DNA of 64,000 bases, taken from positions 10,273-74,272 of the forward strand of contig DMMZ01000027.1 in NCBI GenBank assembly GCA_003452915.1, given 5' to 3'. The notes beneath the pieces were generated by a model. That model had not been told where the DNA came from, ran no database searches, and saw nothing but the letters and a program-made list of their open reading frames with translations. Shown here one piece after another: positions 47,172 through 55,870 of this stretch (position 1 is its first letter; each line of letters starts with the position of its first letter). The position numbers were made by a program, and so were the translations under genes. This stretch comes from Clostridiales bacterium. Its GTDB lineage: Bacteria > Bacillota > Clostridia > Oscillospirales > CAG-382.

Positions 47172-47675
47172 TCATATCTTCCACCACATTTCAGTTTGTA
47201 ACTTTTCATCCTTTTTTACAACTTCATTAACCATATCGGTTTTCATCTTTGAAAGCTTTTCTGACGTTTCTTCATTAAAGACTCCTAAAATTTGCGCTGC
47301 TAGTATTCCCGCATTATCTGCACCGTCAATAGCAACGGTTGCAACCGGGATACCCTTTGGCATTTGTACAGTTGATAATAGTGCGTCCAATCCATCAAGA
47401 TTAGAGGATTTGCAAGGAATACCGATTACAGGCAGTGTAGTATGTGCAGCGAGAACACCTGCTAAATGTGCTGCTTTTCCGGCTGCTGCGATAATTACAC
47501 CAAAACCATTTTCTTTTGCTTTTGTTGCAAATTCACAAGCAATTGCAGGAGTGCGATGAGCACTCATTACATGTACCTCTATTGGTATTCCAAAGCCTTT
47601 TAGAACAGTAATTGCCCCTTTTACTATAGGAAGGTCACTGTCGCTCCCCATAATAATTGCTACTTTTTTACTCAT
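47172..47675 (-). CDS. purE: N5-carboxyaminoimidazole ribonucleotide mutase PurE
   Basis: [18 protein letters not shown]...SAHRTP...[13 protein letters not shown]. Start at ATG 47675, 9 nt after GGAAGGA. Confidence 0.93.
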   Translation of the reverse strand: MSKKVAIIMGSDSDLPIVKGAITVLKGFGIPIEVHVMSAHRTPAIACEFATKAKENGFGVIIAAAGKAAHLAGVLAAHTTLPVIGIPCKSSNLDGLDALLSTVQMPKGIPVATVAIDGADNAGILAAQILGVFNEETSEKLSKMKTDMVNEVVKKDEKLQTEMWWKI

Positions 47676-47704
47676 AAAAATACATCCTTCCAAAAATTAA
47701 TATA

Positions 47705-47745
47705 TAAAAAAGCCGATATCCTTAGAATAATCTTAGGATATCGGC
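47705..47745 (-). terminator. Intrinsic terminator after the DUF2294-like gene
   Basis: Minus strand: GCCGATATCCtaagattattctaaGGATATCGGC followed by TTTTTTAT. Confidence 0.8.
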
Positions 47746-47788
47746 TTACTTACAACTTAGCTATGCTATTTTGTTTTGTCTTCCGAAA

Positions 47789-48154
47789 TTATTTTTTTGT
47801 AATTAATTCTTCTAAATTCCTGTCGGTGGTAATAACAATAATCTTTTCTCCCGTTTTTGTACTTATATCCGAGTGAGTGCTGACTATAGCTACACCAATT
47901 ACATCAATAATCAGTGTTTCTAAATATCCACGCCCACCTTCAAAAAGTGAGGTACGTACCTTTTTAAACAATTCAATACCCTGAGGATTATCGGTGAGCT
48001 TTTGCTCAGAAGGACTCAAAAACCCGGTAAGCCTTACGATTATCATATCACTGATTATATAGGTGCGAATGTTTTTCGGTCCTCTGCCCATATACTCAAT
48101 TTCAAATTTACTGATAGCTTCGCTGATTTTTGCTTCCATTTGTCCTTTAGTCAT
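47789..48154 (-). CDS. DUF2294-like small protein
   Basis: MTKGQMEAKISEAISKFEIEYMGRGPKNIRTYIISDMIIVRLTGFLSPSEQKL...HSDISTKTGEKIIVI matches my memory of the DUF2294 family. Start at ATG 48154 after GGAAGGTG. Confidence 0.75.
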   Translation of the reverse strand: MTKGQMEAKISEAISKFEIEYMGRGPKNIRTYIISDMIIVRLTGFLSPSEQKLTDNPQGIELFKKVRTSLFEGGRGYLETLIIDVIGVAIVSTHSDISTKTGEKIIVITTDRNLEELITKK

Positions 48155-48180
48155 GAATTCACCTTCCACTCATTATTCAT

Positions 48181-48209
48181 ATATTATCGTAAAATTAGGT
48201 TTTTGTCAA
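48181..48209 (-). promoter_or_regulatory. Sigma-A promoter candidate for the DUF2294-like gene
   Basis: Minus strand: TTGACA (48209-48204), a 17-nt spacer, then TAATAT (48186-48181). Confidence 0.6.
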
Positions 48210-48294
48210 TATCATTTTTTGAATTTTGAATTACTTTTATTACAAACTTGCAAAATGATTAAATGATAATATAATTAAATAGTCTAAAAATTTA

Positions 48295-48323
48295 TTGACA
48301 TAAAAAACTTGATGTGCTATACT
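48295..48323 (+). promoter_or_regulatory. Sigma-A promoter candidate driving a short non-coding transcript
   Basis: TTGACA (48295-48300), a 17-nt spacer, then TATACT (48318-48323). Confidence 0.6.
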
Positions 48324-48329
48324 TTCCTC

Positions 48330-48453
48330 ATTAAAAGGGAGTAGTTATAATTATAAAGTCAACATCTTGGTGTTTATTTACCTGGCTTTATAACCTTAAG
48401 AGGTAACCAGACTTTTAGTGCGATTCATTTGAATTGTTCTAAAAGTCTTTTTT
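48330..48453 (+). ncRNA. Candidate ~125-nt sRNA or attenuating leader (unclassified)
   Basis: Bounded by the promoter above and a strong terminator, AGACTTTTAG..(ATTCAttTGAAT)..CTAAAAGTCT plus TTTTT (48409-48453). It has no ORF with a start codon and RBS. An internal TTACCT/AGGTAA helix is present. Confidence 0.45.
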
Positions 48454-48632
48454 GAATATTATCTTGAAAGAAAGTATTAACTAAACTAATGAACATATTC
48501 TCTAGCGATTAGGCGCAAATTCCCAAACAGGATTAAACGATATAGAGTTTACTGCATTCTTACAAATTTAAAAAAGGAATAACTAATTTAAAGATCCTAA
48601 ATTGGGATAATTACTGGGATATTTAGTTATAT

Positions 48633-49670
48633 GTGATAAAAATGAAAACATTGCTCCTGGATACAAAAGGGGATGAATATATAAATATTTGTTCTGATAT
48701 TGTTAAAAAAAGCGGCATAGTTGCACTACCTACTGAAACAGTATACGGACTTTGCGCAAATGCCCTTGACGAAAGTGCAGTAAAAAAAATATTCAAAGCT
48801 AAAGGTCGTCCGCAGGATAACCCGCTTATTGTACATATTAGTGGCCTTAAGGATGTTGAAAAATATGCAAAAAATATACCTGAAAGTGCATATTTACTCT
48901 TTGAAAAATTTTGGCCTGGACCCCTTACTGTTATCTTAAAAAAAAGAGATATTATATCTGATTTGATTACTGCAAACCATGATACAGTAGCATTAAGACT
49001 TCCAAATAATAGAGTCATGCAAAATATAATAAAAAAAAGCGGGGTGCCCCTTGCAGCACCTTCAGCCAACCTTTCTGGAAGACCTTCTCCTACAGAATTT
49101 TCACATGTTGTAGAAGATATGAACGGAAAAATAGATGCTATTGTTGATGGAGGGAAATGTGATATAGGAGTTGAGTCCACTGTAATATCACTTATTGATG
49201 ATCCGATAATTTTAAGACCAGGTTTTATAACAATCGAGGAAATTGAAAAATTTTTACCAACTGTAAAGCTTTACGATAAAGTTTTTAGTGAAATAAATGA
49301 GAAGGAGAAAGTCCTATCACCAGGTATGAAATACCGACATTATGCGCCAAAATCTCCTCTTATTTGCGTAATTGGTGAAGATAATAAAGCAGCAAACTAT
49401 ATTAACTCAAATTTGGAAATAAACACATTCTGCATTGTTTTTGATAATGAGAGTCATCTATACAAAACAAAAAACATTATAACCTATGGGATAAAGCAAA
49501 TGCCTAATACACTTCTCAAGAATTTGTATTCCGCACTAAGAAAAGCGGATAGCTATAATGCAGAAAAAATCTATATTCACTGTCCAGAAATGGATAAAGA
49601 ATTTAACGCACTATATAATAGAATAATTTTAGCTTCAAGTCATAATGTTATATATCTTGGAAATAAGTAG
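48633..49670 (+). CDS. tsaC: L-threonylcarbamoyladenylate synthase, long Sua5/YwlC type
   Basis: PTETVYGLCANALDESAVKKIFKAKGRPQDNPLIVHI...APSANLSGRPSPT plus a C-terminal Sua5 domain. The start is uncertain (GTG 48633 or ATG 48642). Confidence 0.9.
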   Translation: MIKMKTLLLDTKGDEYINICSDIVKKSGIVALPTETVYGLCANALDESAVKKIFKAKGRPQDNPLIVHISGLKDVEKYAKNIPESAYLLFEKFWPGPLTVILKKRDIISDLITANHDTVALRLPNNRVMQNIIKKSGVPLAAPSANLSGRPSPTEFSHVVEDMNGKIDAIVDGGKCDIGVESTVISLIDDPIILRPGFITIEEIEKFLPTVKLYDKVFSEINEKEKVLSPGMKYRHYAPKSPLICVIGEDNKAANYINSNLEINTFCIVFDNESHLYKTKNIITYGIKQMPNTLLKNLYSALRKADSYNAEKIYIHCPEMDKEFNALYNRIILASSHNVIYLGNK

Positions 49671-49723
49671 TTTGCTACAATGGATTATTAGCTATACATT
49701 TGTATTTTAAATAAAATTGATGA

Positions 49724-49888
49724 AAGGAGCAGCAGAAACTCGTTGCTAATGGTATTCAGCAGAGTATGTCGCGCAAAGGTAATTGTTTTGACAATGCAGT
49801 AATGGAAAACTTCTTTGCGGAATCATTCTTTTCTTCTATGAAGCGTGAAGAATAATACCGTACAAAATACCGCTCGGAAAGTGAGTGA
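49724..49888 (+). mobile_element. IS3-family transposase (OrfB) internal fragment with in-frame stop
   Basis: KEQQKLVANGIQQSMSRKGNCFDNAVMENFFAESFFSSMKREE*YRTKYRSESE*. SMSRKGNCxDNAxxExFF is the IS3 DDE-domain signature. It ends with the 32-nt segment shared with 42904..42935. Confidence 0.75.
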
Positions 49889-49942
49889 TATGCCCTCTGT
49901 CAAGTAGACAGTAATAAAAACAAAAATATTTAGTTTGTATTA

Positions 49943-49975
49943 ATTCTCCCTGCTGCGCAGCAGGGAGAATTTTTT
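49943..49975. terminator. Perfect 14-bp-arm palindrome with T-run
   Basis: ATTCTCCCTGCTGC/GCAGCAGGGAGAAT followed by TTTTT. Confidence 0.6.
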
Positions 49976-50222
49976 ACGCTGCGAAAGCGCTGTGGTAGTC
50001 CGTGACTGCTTGTAGTTTTAATTCTTTGCTATACTTAGTGTTACCTCGCTTTGGAAGCAGTCCTTCTGCTCCTTGTGAGTCATAAACCGCAACCATGTCT
50101 TTTAAACTTATATCTGAAATTCCATATTTTATCGCTATATTTGTATAGCTTCCTTGCCTGGTTTTGTATTCATTGATTGCTGCTATCTTTTCTTCATAGC
50201 TCAACTTGCTTTTTCTTGACAT
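49974..50222 (-). mobile_element. IS3-family OrfA (HTH) N-terminal fragment
   Basis: MSRKSKLSYEEKIAAINEYKTRQGSYTNIAIKYGISDISLKDMVAVYDSQGAEGLLPKRGNTKYSKELKLQAV resembles IS3/IS150 OrfA. It is truncated at 82 aa and lies on the opposite strand to the OrfB fragment. Confidence 0.7.
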
Positions 50223-50355
50223 AAATATTCCCCTTAGTGTAGTCTTGAATTTTTGTTATTTCAAGTGTCTACTCTAAGGGGATTATATCACAAAACCGAG
50301 AACGGGGCTATTTTATTTATCCTTAGGTCCAATTTTTTGGTTAATTAATTTAGAT

Positions 50356-50862
50356 TTAATCACCAATTATTATTATTTCACACGAAAGAGTTTTGCTTTG
50401 ATATGAAGGAACAGCATAATATGTGACACCGTCATAACTACATGTTTGATTAAAAACAGCGGTTTGTTCTACCCTGTGCATAAATGTTCCGTCTGGAATA
50501 GTACAAATTGATTCTATAGGTGTATAATAACCATCAGTTAAATACATAGCTTGGTAAAAACTAACCGATCCGGTAATTCCGCCGGGAGTACCGTCACCAT
50601 AATATGCAGTCATATTTACGTATGCAGGAATATCATATTCAGCATTATAAAAATCCTCTACCCATGAACTTCCTTCTACAGAATTGGTTGAATCATCATA
50701 TTCAACATATGATCGACACAAATATACAAGTTCATTGTTATCGTTGTACATCCATTGATCGTCCTGATCAGAATAACTAGAAGCGCTTACGGAGAAAGAT
50801 GATACCAAAACGGAAATTAGTAGAACCATGCAAATCATTGGAATTTTGAATTTCTTTTTCAT
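50356..50862 (-). CDS. Small secreted Tyr/Asp-rich protein, unknown function
   Basis: Signal peptide MKKKFKIPMICMVLLISVLVSSFSVSA. 168 aa. Confidence 0.6.
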   Translation of the reverse strand: MKKKFKIPMICMVLLISVLVSSFSVSASSYSDQDDQWMYNDNNELVYLCRSYVEYDDSTNSVEGSSWVEDFYNAEYDIPAYVNMTAYYGDGTPGGITGSVSFYQAMYLTDGYYTPIESICTIPDGTFMHRVEQTAVFNQTCSYDGVTYYAVPSYQSKTLSCEIIIIGD

Positions 50863-51114
50863 AATTAATATCCTTTCAATTTAACATTTATACATCAATA
50901 CTTTATCAGCATCGATAAAGTATTTTTGTATTTATAATGCTTTACAAAACTAATATACCATATTATATTTGTCGTTTTATGTCATTATTTATCATTATAC
51001 TATTATAAATTAAAAACTCCGTTAATTTTCTTAATTTATGGAAATAGCTATGCAAATTTTATTTATACTTACTTTCGGAGCGGATAAAGCAGACGAACCG
51101 CCTAATTAATAAAA

Positions 51115-51152
51115 AATATAAAAAACGAAGGCAGTGCAGGCACTGTCTTCGT
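51115..51152 (-). terminator. Intrinsic terminator after the abi-like gene
   Basis: Minus strand: ACGAAGACAGTGcctgCACTGCCTTCGT followed by TTTTTTATATTTTTT. Confidence 0.8.
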
Positions 51153-51159
51153 AAAAACT

Positions 51160-52112
51160 TTATTTGAGTTTTTGGTCGTTGATATCATTATATGCAAAGT
51201 AATCGAAATTGTCAACTACTTTTGCTAAAAAATTTATAGTAGATTTTATTATATCGTTTTTAGAAAAATAATCAATATTACGATTAAATCTTTCAATCAT
51301 TACGATTAAACTTTGATAAGTATAATGCTTGATAGATTTACTATCAACAACTTTATCAAATGCAAATAAAAGAGCTGCAAAGTCATGTATAACAGGTATT
51401 TTCATTTTTTTAATCCTTGAATCTGGATTAATTTTTGGTATTTTCGACACCATAGTATTCAACTTCTTTGACAGATTAAAATCACTATTTACTTTAACAT
51501 ATTCATGTTTTATTTGCCTTTTTAAGCTGTTTATTAAGCAATTATTATGTGCAGCTGCATTTCTTATAAATTTAACAGGTAATAAAAGACTAAGTATATC
51601 ATTATTTTTTTCGTATAAATCACAATAATATTTGTAAAATGTAATAAATTCGCCGAACGATAATAATTCTACAAAATTCCAAAGAGCAAAGTTCCTTATG
51701 TACTTTTTTAATAAATCACAATTGTAAGGTGAATTGGTTCTTATTTTATAATTAATATTATCTTGTATTTTTTCATGTTTATCTAAAAATCGTCTTACAA
51801 TATTATAACCATCTTCTTGAGTATTTTCTGAAAAATGACGATTTAATTGCACTTTTAAACTATGTTCAATATTTAACGACATATTTAATATTATTTTTCT
51901 TAAATGCATGTCTAAAATTGATAATTCTTTTAAGTAAGCAAACTCAAGATTTATATATTAGCAAATGCTTTTATTTTAAAACAATAAGTATTATTAGTTA
52001 TGTATTCAACAGCTTCTTCTTCAGATATAACATTAAACTTAATTCCTTTTCTTTTCATATGCTGTATTTGATCATAAATACATAATTTTTGTTTATGTAA
52101 AACGGAATCCAA
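51160..52112 (-). pseudogene. Abi_2 (AbiD/AbiF-like) abortive-infection gene with a frameshift near 51951-51957
   Basis: The C-part (track ORF 51160..51909) has the FIRNAAAHNNCLIN motif (RNxxAH). The N-part starts at TTG 52110-52112 after GAGGTGG: LDSVLHKQKLCIYDQIQHMKRKGIKFNVISEEEAVEYITNNTYCFKIKAFANI*. The next frame continues YINLEFAYLKELSILDMHLRKI. Total length is 953 nt, not a multiple of 3. Confidence 0.7.
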
Positions 52113-52315
52113 AATTTACCACCTCATTTATATTTTATCAGATAATTACTAAAATGCAATAATTATTAAAAATATTATTAAATCACAAAGTCCTTTGTTC
52201 ATAACGAGTAGGGGGCTGTATTTGATTTTTATACGACACTTTTACGACATAAAGAGTATGTTTATGTAGGTTTTTATAGGTCAACGGGCATTTTGAACAA
52301 GAAAATATCTAAAGT

Positions 52316-52363
52316 AAAAACCCTCGAATTTCCTTGAAAATCAAGGGTTTTCGGGGGTTTTTA
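52316..52363 (-). terminator. Two-tier hairpin terminator downstream of tRNA-Gln; inverted near-identical copy of 27997..28043
   Basis: Plus strand: AAAAACCCTCGAAtttCCTTGaaaatCAAGGgTTTTCGGGGGTTTTTA. Confidence 0.75.
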
Positions 52364-52364
52364 C

Positions 52365-52441
52365 TGGCAGGGATAGATGGACTCGAACCATCGGAATGCA
52401 GGAGTCAAAGTCCTGTGCCTTACCGACTTGGCTATATCCCT
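52365..52441 (-). tRNA. tRNA-Gln (anticodon UUG)
   Basis: The minus strand folds manually as a cloverleaf: AGGGATA TA GCCAAGTCGGTAAGGCA CAGGA CTTTGAC TCCTG CATTC CGATG GTTCGAGT CCATC TATCCCT G CCA. The anticodon loop is CU-UUG-AC, and the sequence is close to Bacillus tRNA-Gln. Confidence 0.9.
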
Positions 52442-52559
52442 AAATTTCTTTGCTTTTTCACAAACTCATGTGATATGATTATCTCAGAGAGTTTGCGTGC
52501 TTGGATATTATATATTAAAACCATCTTAATGTCAATACAAAATACTTAAATAACAATTG

Positions 52560-53201
52560 TTACATTTTAAAAATGTCAGGTCGTGAGTCAATAGCGGCGG
52601 CAAGTATCAAAGCATGATCGCCTGCGAGAGGGCTTTTTCCAACAATTTCGTATACAGCATCTACCGGGATTGTTAATATAGGTGTTTTTCGCAATATTAT
52701 ACAAGATGGATTTTCTTTTCCGTTTGATAGTTTAATCTCGTATTCACTGACTGCAAAGTAAGTTTTACCATCCAACTTTTTATAATCCTTGATTGGACTT
52801 ATTGAAATATCAAACCACGAAGCCTGCGCAGCGTCGTCTCCTGCCCTAAAACTCTTGTTATCCGAAACAAACTGCGCGGTAAACGCTATAGTAATTATCC
52901 TTGTCCTCGGGTCACGCTTAGGGTCGGAAAAGCTGCGAAGATGCCGGATAGCTACATCTTTGGTGCCTGTTTCCTCGTATAGCTCACGCATTGCGGCGGC
53001 TTCCACCGTCTCGTTAGGCTCAACAAAACCACCGGGGAAAGCCCACATGCCCAAGCAAGGATGTCCACCCCTTTTAATCATAAGGGTTTTCGCACCGTCA
53101 AAAAGTATTATATCAACAGTTACTGAAGGACGTTCGTATTTATAAGGATCATATGTCTTTATGAATTCTTCTTCGGTGAGTCCGTTTTTATCCCTTAACA
53201 T
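52560..53201 (-). CDS. NUDIX hydrolase
   Basis: Nudix box GGFVEPNETVEAAAMRELYEETG. Start at ATG 53201, 8 nt after GGAGG. Confidence 0.85.
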   Translation of the reverse strand: MLRDKNGLTEEEFIKTYDPYKYERPSVTVDIILFDGAKTLMIKRGGHPCLGMWAFPGGFVEPNETVEAAAMRELYEETGTKDVAIRHLRSFSDPKRDPRTRIITIAFTAQFVSDNKSFRAGDDAAQASWFDISISPIKDYKKLDGKTYFAVSEYEIKLSNGKENPSCIILRKTPILTIPVDAVYEIVGKSPLAGDHALILAAAIDSRPDIFKM

Positions 53202-53216
53202 TGTAAAATCCTCCAA

Positions 53217-53915
53217 CTAAAGCGGTGCTTTTGTAATCTTTGCGTATTGCCTTGGAAAATCGTTTGATGTTGCCACAACCTTTTCAATAACAATAAGTGT
53301 ATGCTTTCTGTCAAAAAGCGGAACATCTACATTAATTATGTCAACCGTTTTTCCACCTAAGGCTTTTATTGCTTTTTCGGCTTCTTCTAATTCTTCTGCG
53401 CCTTTACTGCCCTTCATTGCAACAAAATGTCCGCCTTTTTTCACTAACGGCAAACATAGCTCACATAAAATATTTAACCTTGCCACCCCACGTGCAACTG
53501 CAATATCAAAGCTCTCTCGCTTTTGTGTACGAGCGATTTCCTCAGCTCTGCCGAACAGGGTTTTTAGATTAGTTATCCCTATTGTCTTTACTGTTTCTTC
53601 AACAAAATTAAGCTTTTTTGCTGTTGAATCGTTTGCCGTAACGGTGCATTTATCCGAACAAACTGCAAGCGGTAAAGACGGAAAACCACCGCCGCAGCCA
53701 ATGTCAATTATACTTTTCCCTGTGAATAAACCTGTTTTTAACAAGGTAAGAGAATCAAAGAAATGCAGTATTGCAATCTCCTCATCGGTTTTTAAAGCGG
53801 TGAGGTTAAGGACACCGTTCATTTCGGTTAACTTTTCACTTATTATTGACAGTTTTTCAGCTTGAGATGATGTTAACGGATAATATTTATTTGTTATTTC
53901 AATTATTTTATTCAT
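53217..53915 (-). CDS. rsmG: 16S rRNA m7G527 methyltransferase RsmG (GidB)
   Basis: SAM motif IIDIGCGGGFPSLPLA. It lies downstream of mnmG. The start could be at 53915 (MNKIIE) or 53939. Confidence 0.9.
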   Translation of the reverse strand: MNKIIEITNKYYPLTSSQAEKLSIISEKLTEMNGVLNLTALKTDEEIAILHFFDSLTLLKTGLFTGKSIIDIGCGGGFPSLPLAVCSDKCTVTANDSTAKKLNFVEETVKTIGITNLKTLFGRAEEIARTQKRESFDIAVARGVARLNILCELCLPLVKKGGHFVAMKGSKGAEELEEAEKAIKALGGKTVDIINVDVPLFDRKHTLIVIEKVVATSNDFPRQYAKITKAPL

Positions 53916-55803
53916 TATTATTGTTTTCCCTGTTTCCATACTGAGCCAGATAAATCAACAAGACTGAAATGTCCGCAGGTGAAATACCCGAAATTCGTGA
54001 CGCTTGTCCGATATTTTCAGGACGGATTCTGTCCAGCTTTTGTATAGATTCGTTACGTATACCCTTTATTTTCTTATAATCAATGTCAGCAGGCAGACGC
54101 TTTTCTTCCAGCTTTTTAAACCTTTCGACCTCGGATATCTGTCTTTTTATATAACCCTCGTACTTTATCTCGATTTCGGCACGTTTTTTAATGGATTTTG
54201 GTAAATCGGAAGTATTATCCTCCAAAATATAAATATCCTCAATGGTAACAAGCGGACGTTTTATTAAATCCGCTTTACGCATTCCAACGGTAATTTCTTC
54301 GTAACCATACCCTGCCAGCATCTTATTTAATTCGGCAGTACAGGGAAGTGACTCGTTGCGAAGTCTGTATATTTCTGCTTCAAGCGTTTCCTGCTGATTT
54401 TTATATTCTTCATACACCTTGTCGCTAACAAGTCCTGCTTTTCTGCCTTTTTCGATAAGGCGTGTCTTTGCGTTGTCCTGTCTTAAAAGCAAGCGGTATT
54501 CACTGCGTGAAGTCATTATTCTGTAAGGCTCGTTTGTGCCTTTTGTAACAAGATCGTCGATTAAGGTTGCGATATAGCTTTCGCTTCTTAATAAAATTAA
54601 CGGCTCCTTGTCCCTTATTTTTAAAGAGGCGTTTATTCCTGCAATCAAGCCCTGTGCAGCAGCCTCCTCGTATCCTGAGCTACCGTTAAACTGCCCTGCA
54701 CCGTAAAGGCCTTTTATACTCTTGAATTCCAACGTTGGATAAAGCTGTGTCGGATCGCAGCAATCGTACTCGATAGCGTAAGCGGTACGCATAAAAACTG
54801 CTTTTTCCATACCTTTTATACTGTGTACAATCTTTTTTTGTACCTCCTCGGGTAGAGAAGAAGAAAGACCTTGCAGATAAACTTCTTTTGTACTTTCTCC
54901 CATCGGTTCAACAAAAAGTTGATGTCGCTCTTTATCTGAAAAGCGGACAACCTTGTCCTCGATGCTTGGGCAATAACGCGGACCTGTGCCTTTTATTACT
55001 CCCGAAAACAATGGCGAACGGTGCATATTTTCTTTGATTATCCGGTGTGTTTCCTCGTTTGTGTAGCAGATGTAACAAACCTTTTTATTATCCTTGGGTG
55101 TATCCGTTGAAAACATAACCGGCGCTTCGTCACCTGATTGAACCTCCAGCTGGTCGTAATCGATGCTGCCGGAATGTAAACGTGGCGGCGTTCCTGTTTT
55201 AAAACGGACAAGCTTTATTCCTGCGTTTATAAGACTATCGGAAAGCCTTGTTGCAGCAACGGTGTTATCCGGTCCTGACGAATAGGATTCCTCGCCGCAG
55301 ATTATTTTGCCCCCGAGAGAGGTTCCCGTTGCAATAACAATCGCCTTGGCTGGGTAAAAAGCACCAAAAGCGGTATAAACTCCGCTTATAGTATCATTTT
55401 CGACTTCGATTCCGGTAACCTCTGCCTGAATCATCGTTAAATTGTCGGTACGCTCTATAAGGTTCTTCATGTAATCCATGTATTTTCGCCTGTCCGCCTG
55501 TATGCGAAGGGAATGAACAGCAGGCCCCTTGCTCAAGTTCAGCATACGGCTCTGGAGCATAACAGCGTCCGCTGCTTTGCCCATTTCACCGCCCAATGCA
55601 TCTATTTCAAAGACGAGCTGCCCCTTGCCGGTACCGCCAATAGAGGGGTTGCAGGGCATATTGCCCACAAGGTCAAGCGTAAGCGTAAAAAGAGCGGTTT
55701 TTAAACCTGTCCTTGCCGCTGCTAGTGCCGCTTCAATTCCTGCGTGTCCCGCTCCTATGACAATAACATCAAATTCTTCTGCTGTATATAAAGAATGGCT
55801 CAT
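53908..55803 (-). CDS. mnmG: tRNA uridine 5-carboxymethylaminomethyl modification enzyme MnmG (GidA)
   Basis: FDVIVIGAGHAGIEAALAAAR (FAD fold) and a conserved MnmG body. 631 aa. Confidence 0.96.
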   Translation of the reverse strand: MSHSLYTAEEFDVIVIGAGHAGIEAALAAARTGLKTALFTLTLDLVGNMPCNPSIGGTGKGQLVFEIDALGGEMGKAADAVMLQSRMLNLSKGPAVHSLRIQADRRKYMDYMKNLIERTDNLTMIQAEVTGIEVENDTISGVYTAFGAFYPAKAIVIATGTSLGGKIICGEESYSSGPDNTVAATRLSDSLINAGIKLVRFKTGTPPRLHSGSIDYDQLEVQSGDEAPVMFSTDTPKDNKKVCYICYTNEETHRIIKENMHRSPLFSGVIKGTGPRYCPSIEDKVVRFSDKERHQLFVEPMGESTKEVYLQGLSSSLPEEVQKKIVHSIKGMEKAVFMRTAYAIEYDCCDPTQLYPTLEFKSIKGLYGAGQFNGSSGYEEAAAQGLIAGINASLKIRDKEPLILLRSESYIATLIDDLVTKGTNEPYRIMTSRSEYRLLLRQDNAKTRLIEKGRKAGLVSDKVYEEYKNQQETLEAEIYRLRNESLPCTAELNKMLAGYGYEEITVGMRKADLIKRPLVTIEDIYILEDNTSDLPKSIKKRAEIEIKYEGYIKRQISEVERFKKLEEKRLPADIDYKKIKGIRNESIQKLDRIRPENIGQASRISGISPADISVLLIYLAQYGNRENNNNE

Positions 55804-55870
55804 GAATGTTTTCCTTCGACCTAATATTTTATGCTTTATATAATTGTCAATAACTTTTTGCTCGCAAAAA

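Noticed and set aside
52334-52549. 71-aa plus-strand ORF.
   Set aside because: It overlaps tRNA-Gln and its terminator on the opposite strand, so it is an artefact.
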